Source: a virus
IMG/VR virus record: IMGVR_UViG_3300031754_000003
Coordinates: 5,826 to 69,825 of that record
Length of the DNA stretch: 64,000 nucleotides
Strand: one strand, 5' to 3'
Below are positions 57,723-64,000 of the stretch, piece after piece; the first letter of the stretch is position 1; each line of letters opens with the position of its first letter. Below the pieces are notes generated by a model. That model was not told the origin of the DNA. It was given only the letters and a program-made list of their open reading frames with translations, and did no database searches. A program made the translations under genes and the position numbers.

Positions 57723-57943
57723 TTCGGAAGGGCGAACAAGCCAGGCGAACCTATGAGGTATGGAAGCTAGATATTTCTGCTCCACATTCCTGCGTCTATT
57801 ACGAAGGTTCGTGGTGCAATTTCTGGACATCCCCAGGACTATGGGATGATAGCGGCATGCCAACACATGCTATGACGCTGACAGCAGAACTGCGTCGTCG
57901 CGGTCTAAATCGATAACCCCTAGCATTCGGGAGCGGAACCCAA

Positions 57944-58519
57944 ATGACAGACAAAATCACCTATGGCTTGCAGATTTACACCAGGTATTCTCACGGCTGC
58001 CATCATGTGAGCGCGATGGTCATGCGTCGCGAGCATTCGGGTGATAGGCAGGATCAGCCGCTTGGCATATCGTCCGATGATCAATATCGCGCGTATCGGG
58101 ATAACGAGCCGAAACACCTAGTTGGTCTTCAAATGCAGGGTCTCGGGATGGATGGGTTTGTCAGCGCAGAATATGCGAAATCGCCTGACGACATCCATTT
58201 CATCGGCCACGATATCGAATATCGCGATGTCTATTCGATTGATCTTGATGATGCCAGCAGGATGTTGAAGACGCTCAAACTCGTACACAAGCGGGCTGAA
58301 ACCGATAACTCGCACGAGCCAGGAGATTTGTTCGCTAGCCTTTGCGTGGCCCTTAAGCTGTCGTGGGTTTGCGAGCTGCGAGACAACGATACATCTCGCC
58401 GGTTCCCAGAATGGCGTTGGATGAGCGTCGGCGAAGGGCGTAATCGTTATCGCCAGCTAATAGCGGAAGCGGTGTCAACTGCCATCGCAACTAAGTTCCA
58501 GAATAGCGTCGCAGCGTAA
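57944..58519 (+). CDS. hypothetical early protein
   Basis: GGAGCGGA RBS, 191-aa ORF. Confidence 0.7.
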   Translation: MTDKITYGLQIYTRYSHGCHHVSAMVMRREHSGDRQDQPLGISSDDQYRAYRDNEPKHLVGLQMQGLGMDGFVSAEYAKSPDDIHFIGHDIEYRDVYSIDLDDASRMLKTLKLVHKRAETDNSHEPGDLFASLCVALKLSWVCELRDNDTSRRFPEWRWMSVGEGRNRYRQLIAEAVSTAIATKFQNSVAA

Positions 58520-58558
58520 CGAACACTGACGCCAAGCTCGTAACCAGGAGCAGAACTC

Positions 58559-58747
58559 ATGATTGAGATTAATCAACGTGGCGAGCGAGACTGGGCTGTG
58601 TACGTAGATGGTGAGTATAAAGGTACCGTCTCGGAAATCGGTATTCGGCAATTCGAGTACGTTTGCACGCATAGCTTTGCGCGCTACGACACACGCGAAC
58701 AGGCGATTTCCTTTCTCGTGGCCAGAAATTCCACCGGATGGCTGTGA
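58559..58747 (+). CDS. hypothetical early protein
   Basis: AGGAG RBS, 62 aa. Confidence 0.6.
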   Translation: MIEINQRGERDWAVYVDGEYKGTVSEIGIRQFEYVCTHSFARYDTREQAISFLVARNSTGWL

Positions 58748-58852
58748 GCAACTTCACAGCATAATAGCATCGGGCCAGATAGGGCATGCATCCCGACACG
58801 CGCGTTTCCGCCGCGCTTCTGGCCCGTCATAGCGGACATAGGAGCGGAGACT

Positions 58853-59035
58853 ATGACGTATTATCCGGAAGGCTACTTCAAGAGCGACGCGTTCAAAGCA
58901 TCTGAACGCGGTTACGAGACCGAGGAGGGCGCGCGGGAAGCGCGAAAGCTCCAAGCTCACCCTGGAAACTGGTACGTCTGGCAAATGAACGATGGCCGCT
59001 GGCATATCAGCCTCATGACCAATCGCGATATTTAA
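58853..59035 (+). CDS. hypothetical early protein
   Basis: AGGAG RBS, 60 aa. Confidence 0.6.
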   Translation: MTYYPEGYFKSDAFKASERGYETEEGAREARKLQAHPGNWYVWQMNDGRWHISLMTNRDI

Positions 59036-59056
59036 CCCAAGCTGGAGCGAACCGAA

Positions 59057-59233
59057 ATGAAAAACTGGATTGATATAGAGACCAAATCCGATCAATCGGC
59101 TGTCATTTTGACCCTTATAATCAAGGAAAAGCCGCTAGCATGGATCACTTATGACCCTGTTCAATTAGATGAGCTAATCAGACTCCTCGAAAACCATCGC
59201 CGAGCATTGGTATTGCCGGAACCCGTGCCATAG
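59057..59233 (+). CDS. hypothetical 58-aa protein
   Basis: GGAG RBS; MKTGLDIETKSDQSAVILTLIIKEKPLAWITYDPVQLDELIRLL... Confidence 0.55.
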   Translation: MKNWIDIETKSDQSAVILTLIIKEKPLAWITYDPVQLDELIRLLENHRRALVLPEPVP

Positions 59234-59244
59234 GAGCGGAGATT

Positions 59245-59577
59245 ATGAAACTTACAGCTATATGCGCTGCGGCATTAGTCGCGGCATGCGCCGGACGCGA
59301 TCCGGCGCCCGTGCCATTGGTTCAACCGCAAGATAACCAAGCATCATGCGCCACCATTCGCGCCGAGCTAGCGGCGGGAGACAGGCGATTGGCCGATCTT
59401 GCCTCCGAGCAAGGTGGCAAGGTAGCGCAGAACGTCGCTGCCGGACTCGTGGGCATTCTAATCTGGCCTATATGGTTCGCTATGGATCTAAAGGGCGCGG
59501 CTAGCACTGATGCGGCCGCACTTGAAGATCGCCGCGCTTATCTCGGGCAGCTATACCAAGAGAAGCGTTGCGCCTAG
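59245..59577 (+). CDS. lipoprotein
   Basis: Lipobox LVAA|C; internal hydrophobic segment AAGLVGILIWPIWFAMD. Confidence 0.75.
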   Translation: MKLTAICAAALVAACAGRDPAPVPLVQPQDNQASCATIRAELAAGDRRLADLASEQGGKVAQNVAAGLVGILIWPIWFAMDLKGAASTDAAALEDRRAYLGQLYQEKRCA

Positions 59578-59581
59578 TTCC

Positions 59582-59617
59582 CCGCGTGCAGCGGCTCTGC
59601 ACAAAATCAGGAGAGAC
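59582..59617 (+). repeat. 36-bp hairpin+RBS repeat, copy 1
   Basis: CCGCGTGCAGCGGCTCTGCACAAAATCAGGAGAGAC; 35/36 identical to 60244-60279. Confidence 0.9.
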
Positions 59618-59623
59618 GAGAAG

Positions 59624-60226
59624 ATGAAAAACCTCATGTTAGCGAGCGCCGGATTGCTTGCGGCCGGGCTTGCCATGCCTGCGCTAGCCGACAACTATGG
59701 CTATATTATTCCCGGCATGGGACCGGGCAATATGTGGGCGCCAGGCTCTGTCTATCGTACTGCGGTCGTCGATAACTCCGGTTATGTCGATTATATGTTT
59801 GTTGAGCAAGGTCAGAATTGGCTTTGTGAGAATAGTTCCTACAGCACCACAGACACTACCGCCTATCCGGAAATCGGGTTATACGATCTCGGGGCCGCGA
59901 GCGGGTGGACCGGTATCGATCTCGTCAACAATCCAATTACGCTATCCAGCTACAGCGGCGATCTGATAGCCAGCTCCACAGCCAAGGTTGGCGGTACAGG
60001 CGATTTCAATACAGCGCATTTCTACGTCACCGCTGGTGATCTGCTCGCTTGGGTCAGCATTCAAGGCAATTCAACAGGTGGCGTAACGGCATGTCCCGGT
60101 GCCTTCGCTTACAATGACAACTCCCACGCTTATAAAGACCACAATGGAACGCTGCAAAGCCAAACGATTGCCACTCCCGGCGGAGAACTCGGCATTTTAA
60201 TTCACGTAACTCCCGGCGCTCCCTAA
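59624..60226 (+). CDS. secreted protein
   Basis: MKNLMLASAGLLAAGLAMPALA|D. Confidence 0.72.
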   Translation: MKNLMLASAGLLAAGLAMPALADNYGYIIPGMGPGNMWAPGSVYRTAVVDNSGYVDYMFVEQGQNWLCENSSYSTTDTTAYPEIGLYDLGAASGWTGIDLVNNPITLSSYSGDLIASSTAKVGGTGDFNTAHFYVTAGDLLAWVSIQGNSTGGVTACPGAFAYNDNSHAYKDHNGTLQSQTIATPGGELGILIHVTPGAP

Positions 60227-60243
60227 AATAACCGTTTAAATTA

Positions 60244-60279
60244 CCGCGTGCAGCGGATCTGCACAAAATCAGGAGAGAC
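60244..60279 (+). repeat. 36-bp hairpin+RBS repeat, copy 2
   Basis: CCGCGTGCAGCGGATCTGCACAAAATCAGGAGAGAC. Confidence 0.9.
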
Positions 60280-60281
60280 AA

Positions 60282-60623
60282 ATGAAAAAAGCTTTATTTG
60301 CCAGCGCTATGCTGGCGATCGGAGCGTTGACGTTCCCAGCCTACGCCGATCAGGGCACAATCAACAATGTCCATGTAGGACTCGGAGCTCAAGGCGGTTT
60401 GGCAGTAGGTGGCTGTGTGGCATTCGACCTAGTGCGATCGGATGGCACTGTTCAGCGCTATGGCATGGGCGGTAGCCAGCAAGCCGGGCCTCTTTATCAA
60501 GAGGCAATCTTGACAGGCAAGGGTCAGTTGGTCGGTCTTGATCCCGCAACCGCACCATCAAACTGCGGCGGCGGATTACCTACGTTCCTAAATCTCAATT
60601 TCCCGCCTAAAGAAGGCCAATAA
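60282..60623 (+). CDS. secreted protein
   Basis: MKKALFASAMLAIGALTFPAYA|D. Confidence 0.72.
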   Translation: MKKALFASAMLAIGALTFPAYADQGTINNVHVGLGAQGGLAVGGCVAFDLVRSDGTVQRYGMGGSQQAGPLYQEAILTGKGQLVGLDPATAPSNCGGGLPTFLNLNFPPKEGQ

Positions 60624-60701
60624 ATAAACGTCGCTTACTAAAACGGTTTCGAGGGGTCCGGACAAAACCCCTTAATTTCCCAAAACATGGAGATATCAAA
60701 A

Positions 60702-61034
60702 ATGAAAACGCTTCTGGCTAGCGTTTGCGCACTAGCTCTTACGATCGGATCGGCCAAAGCCGATCACGTTATAAGCTATGCCTTTTATGATGAACCAGGC
60801 ACTACGAAGGTACTTTATGTCATAACTGATCTCAATGGCGGAACGTGGTACGAGATTGATAATTTATATCCACAATACGGTAATGCACCTAACCCTGACT
60901 TTGACGAAACCTATGCGGCCATAGTCCACGCCATGACGAACGGTTACCTCGTAGGTGTTGGCACTGGCCAATGGGGAGTGGGTACAGGAGGGTTGCCTTT
61001 CATCGCTTGGTTTCAGGTCTATAGCCACAATTAA
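60702..61034 (+). CDS. secreted protein
   Basis: MKTLLASVCALALTIGSAKA|D; GGAG RBS. Confidence 0.7.
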   Translation: MKTLLASVCALALTIGSAKADHVISYAFYDEPGTTKVLYVITDLNGGTWYEIDNLYPQYGNAPNPDFDETYAAIVHAMTNGYLVGVGTGQWGVGTGGLPFIAWFQVYSHN

Positions 61035-61080
61035 TGATCCCGAGTCGGATCAACTATCTGAATAAACTAAGGAGATTGTA

Positions 61081-62202
61081 ATGACCATCACTCGACGGCG
61101 CCTGATTACGGGCGCCGTCGCGGTGGGTGCTATCCCACCTACCGCGGCGCTCGCGCAATCAGCGTTTCCGCAGAAGATGCTAAGCTATCTAGTTCCGACC
61201 ATTATTTCACCAGCAAACGCAGCAGTGAAATTCCCCGGAAACCCCGGAGATGGGTCGTTCCCCGCCGGCTTAGTCAATCTATCCGGCACCGGCATCTTCA
61301 CAGCCAACGCTCACGAACTTGACTTCTATACGACACCATGGGGGTTCACGACCTTTATGATGCAGTCGATCACACCGCCGGGAATTGGACAAACGCGTCC
61401 GATCTTCGGACTCAACGGGGTTCATGGGGAAGTCTTCAAGGTGTCGATCCTACCGCCGGGATCGTACCCAATCTATCCTCCCGGCGGCAATCCACGCAAC
61501 GGCCCAGTATATAGGAACTTCGGCGGTTCCGTTCTGGATGTATATGTCGCCAATCCCAATGGGGCACAATCTCTGTTTCAGAGATGGTACGCGGCTATCC
61601 CATATCTATTCGACGGGGTAATTCACATCGTAGAGAGTTTCCTTAACTCGAACGATGATCCTGTGGGTGGATCAACCCCTTTTGGACATCGAGTACTCGT
61701 GGATAATCAAGAGTTTAATGTTTACATGGGGCCGGGGCAAAATCCGCGCGCATTAAATTCCCCATTCGAGATCCCTTGGGGAGAAGATGGCGGTAATCCG
61801 GCTCCATACGCTTGGGTAGGTTCCGATTACCCTATCTACGGTGCCCCCCCAAACGCCGCTACAGCGTGGGCTAACACTTATATCGGGGATATGGATCGCC
61901 TCATGATTGATCCAAAAGCACCGGTTCCACCCGAAAGCATCCCCAACGTGTTCATGTCGCCTACGGGTACAGTCAAGATCCTGCCCCCAGACGGGGCTAA
62001 TGTATTGTATCCGGGGCAAAAACCGCCAGGGGTTTACCTCCACGGTAGTACATCGCCTCGCGGCTTCCGATACAACCAAGGCGGAAGCTATTACGGGGAT
62101 GTTGGGGGGCCGCTGGATACTCGGTTTAACAACCCATCCGGAGAGCCGCAGGTAATCATAGAGCATATTGATATCGGCGGCCCCGGTGGGGGCGATCCAT
62201 AA
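61081..62202 (+). CDS. Tat-exported Pro/Gly-rich protein
   Basis: MTITRRRLITGAVAVGAIPPTAALA|Q twin-arginine signal; AAGGAG RBS. Confidence 0.72.
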   Translation: MTITRRRLITGAVAVGAIPPTAALAQSAFPQKMLSYLVPTIISPANAAVKFPGNPGDGSFPAGLVNLSGTGIFTANAHELDFYTTPWGFTTFMMQSITPPGIGQTRPIFGLNGVHGEVFKVSILPPGSYPIYPPGGNPRNGPVYRNFGGSVLDVYVANPNGAQSLFQRWYAAIPYLFDGVIHIVESFLNSNDDPVGGSTPFGHRVLVDNQEFNVYMGPGQNPRALNSPFEIPWGEDGGNPAPYAWVGSDYPIYGAPPNAATAWANTYIGDMDRLMIDPKAPVPPESIPNVFMSPTGTVKILPPDGANVLYPGQKPPGVYLHGSTSPRGFRYNQGGSYYGDVGGPLDTRFNNPSGEPQVIIEHIDIGGPGGGDP

Positions 62203-62261
62203 GCTTCAGTAACAACGGTTTTGGCAGTTGAGCCTTATCAACTGCCTCCTCGGAGGATGTC

Positions 62262-62612
62262 ATGAACCGCACAAGCTCTTTCGGCCTCGGCCTCGTCACT
62301 GTCGGCTTATTCGCGTGGGGCATACTCGGAGGCGAAGACGTGCAAAGCGGGGGACCACCCGCCGGCTTTTTCCCAAGCGGCATGTCCAATGTAGCTTTAA
62401 GATACGAGACATATTGCCTGGCTGGCATATGGCCTTGCGTAGAAGTCTTTATCCCTGAATATGGGCAAACCTGCCACGCCCCAGTTAAAGGCGGAAGCCC
62501 ATATTACGACGGATTCATTCCCCCTGGATTCACCTATGTCCGTTGGCGCTGTACGCTATCTCCAGAACAAGCCGTTGGTGGCGTAAAGGTTCGCGGCGAA
62601 GGTTACGAATGA
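62262..62612 (+). CDS. membrane-anchored Cys-containing protein
   Basis: N-terminal hydrophobic helix; GGAGG RBS. Confidence 0.55.
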   Translation: MNRTSSFGLGLVTVGLFAWGILGGEDVQSGGPPAGFFPSGMSNVALRYETYCLAGIWPCVEVFIPEYGQTCHAPVKGGSPYYDGFIPPGFTYVRWRCTLSPEQAVGGVKVRGEGYE

Positions 62613-62961
62613 GCGATTGGGAACGCGAGCGGCGCCGCATCTTGGCGCTACTCAACTACCGCTCTCACCGATCATCGATGCTGTACCTGCGAAAGAGAGC
62701 ATTTCGTTGGGTGGATCTGTTGCCCACGCCCGAAGCGCAAGAGCGCGCTACCGCCGCAATCGCAGATGCGTCCACACCGCACGAGCTGCGGCTCATACTT
62801 GAGGAGTTCTGAAATGGATCTGGAGACTTGGGTTAGACGCGAAGAGCAAGAGTATCTGCTCTCAACACGGAACCGTTTCCTCATAACCACGATCGCGGCT
62901 CTTAGCGTGTGGGGCTTGATTTTGGGGATAATGTGGCTTGGCGCTTGGCTCTTCCTTTGAC

Positions 62962-62990
62962 TTGACCTAAGTGCTAGGTAAGCGTACTTT
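62962..62990 (+). promoter_or_regulatory. promoter copy 1
   Basis: TTGACC-17nt-TACTTT; spacer similar to copy 2. Confidence 0.6.
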
Positions 62991-63055
62991 CCTACGTGGA
63001 AGTGAGAAGTCCTGCACGGCCTCAGTTCTAAAGGCTCTCTCCGATTGAGATCGGC

Positions 63056-63094
63056 AACGCCCGGAAGCTCGAACCTTCCGGGCGTTCTTTATTT
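63056..63094 (+). terminator. rho-independent terminator
   Basis: AACGCCCGGAAG-CTCGAAC-CTTCCGGGCGTT-CTTTATTT. Confidence 0.8.
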
Positions 63095-63122
63095 GACCTG
63101 AGTGCCTTGGTAAGCGTAATTA
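63093..63122 (+). promoter_or_regulatory. promoter copy 2 (lysis cassette)
   Basis: TTGACC-TGAGTGCCTTGGTAAGCG-TAATTA; ATG about 10 nt downstream. Confidence 0.55.
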
Positions 63123-63131
63123 CCTGATCGT

Positions 63132-63431
63132 ATGATGAATGGCTGGACGCATATCGCTGCCTTAGCAGTTTCGGCCGCCATGATAATCGGCTCAGCCACT
63201 TGGCTAATGTCGAGCCAGATTGCGAGCGTTCGCGCTGATAACACGGCTGCGATCTCTTCAATCGTCGCAAAGGAGGTGGCTAACGAGGAGCGGCTTAACG
63301 CGCTCGAAAAGATGGAAGCCGGCCACTATAGCGACGATATAGCGTTCCGCTCCGAAATGCGGACGGCTATCGGCTCGGTACTCACCGGCTTGGGCGATTT
63401 GCGTGTTGATGTTGGCCGCGCCAAAAGATGA
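63132..63431 (+). CDS. N-terminal TM + coiled-coil protein (holin- or i-spanin-like)
   Basis: IAALAVSAAMIIGSATWLM TM, then helical; upstream of a lipoprotein and the lysin. Confidence 0.5.
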   Translation: MMNGWTHIAALAVSAAMIIGSATWLMSSQIASVRADNTAAISSIVAKEVANEERLNALEKMEAGHYSDDIAFRSEMRTAIGSVLTGLGDLRVDVGRAKR

Positions 63432-63676
63432 ATGTTTGGCTCGCAGCTTTGCTCATTCTTTCAGCGTGCTCTGATGAGGCTACCTCGCAGGCACCGCAAC
63501 CACCCGCTCCTTCGCCTCCTCAGATTCAAGATCGTCAGATTGAGCGGGCACCGCCTGCCAAACCGGATAGACCCATTTCCGCCAATCCCGAAGCGCAACA
63601 AAAGAAGCTCCACTCGATAACCAATCACCTCGAATACATGCAACGGTACATCGGCCTGCCCGAAGATGAACATTAG
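63428..63676 (+). CDS. Pro-rich lipoprotein (o-spanin-like)
   Basis: Lipobox LSA|C, then PQPPAPSPP; in the lysis context. Confidence 0.5.
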   Translation: MNVWLAALLILSACSDEATSQAPQPPAPSPPQIQDRQIERAPPAKPDRPISANPEAQQKKLHSITNHLEYMQRYIGLPEDEH

Positions 63677-63726
63677 ATGGAGCTCGATGTTATGGTTATT
63701 TCAGTCATTATCGAGGTGATCTCGGC

Positions 63727-64000
63727 ATGATCCCAGCCACCATGATCACCTTCCCCGACCTCTCCCATTATAACAAAGTCACGGTTGACCCGTTCGCTCT
63801 AGGCCCCGCGCTGATCAACAAGACGACCCAGGGCAACTCCTTCGTTGATCCAACGTGGCTCCATCGCGCGCAAGATGTGTTCTGGGGCGGCAAACTCATC
63901 GGGGGATACCTGTTCGCAACCGGCGACGACCCTAACTCACAGGTGACATTGTTTCTGAGCACGGTTGAGAGCGCTCTAGGTACGATGGCGCACCCTCGAC
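63727..64000 (+). CDS. GH25 lysozyme endolysin (runs off the window end)
   Basis: GAGG RBS; PDLSHYN...INKTTQGNSFVDPTW...LIGGYLF GH25 N-terminal motifs; not in the ORF track because it is truncated. Confidence 0.78.
   Translation, partial: MIPATMITFPDLSHYNKVTVDPFALGPALINKTTQGNSFVDPTWLHRAQDVFWGGKLIGGYLFATGDDPNSQVTLFLSTVESALGTMAHPR

Larger units (their letters stand above)
1..64000. mobile_element. Podovirus-like bacteriophage (BPP-1/T7-like structural module) of an alphaproteobacterial host; probably most of a genome
   Basis: Complete terS-terL-portal-scaffold-capsid-adaptor-nozzle-ejection gene order, plus ERF/YqaJ recombination genes, GcrA and a GH25 lysin; no host housekeeping genes seen. 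Confidence 0.93.

Noticed and set aside
59575-59600. TAGTTCCCCGCGTGCAGCGG resembling a type I-E CRISPR repeat (solitary repeat / RNA anti-CRISPR)
   Set aside because: Only the 5' half matches; the GGGG arm and ATAAACC 3' handle are missing, and the second copy of the repeat lacks GTTCCCC
63470-63500. CTGATGA as a second hammerhead core
   Set aside because: Lies inside a lipoprotein CDS with no stem II-GAAA or flanking stems
1-64000. Integrase/att sites, tRNA or rRNA genes
   Set aside because: No recombinase motifs or cloverleaf-like sequences were recognised by eye; lifestyle (temperate versus lytic) cannot be settled from this window

Overview
The whole window reads as one podovirus-type (BPP-1/T7-like morphogenesis gene order) bacteriophage of an Alphaproteobacterium, judged from GcrA, GapR-like and ClpX zinc-finger homologs. 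No host genes, integrase, DNA polymerase or RNA polymerase are visible. Layout: (1) 1-4.5 kb, leftward replication-related genes (AAA_25 ATPase, Hjc-like resolvase, ParB-like, GapR-like, Cro-like); (2) 4.6-10.9 kb, rightward recombination and accessory genes (ERF, YqaJ exonuclease, GcrA); (3) 11-56 kb, one long leftward late operon (terS, terL, portal, scaffold, major capsid, cement, three paralogous tail-adaptor genes, nozzle, ejection proteins, then about 15 kb of fibre-like genes); (4) 57-63 kb, a rightward early/accessory operon; (5) the start of a lysis cassette with a GH25 endolysin. Main unusual signals: 14 genes in the virion module carry N-terminal signal peptides, and many of them are Cys-rich with tail-fibre/spike motifs. 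Two large beta-helix proteins instead share a C-terminal ...ITRRRLL tag. A complete type III hammerhead ribozyme overlaps the RBS and start codon of the first gene of the 57 kb operon. The same operator appears in two promoters 52 kb apart. Several ORFs appear to start at ATA/ATT codons overlapping the upstream stop. All calls come from reading the sequence; no database searches or folding programs were run.
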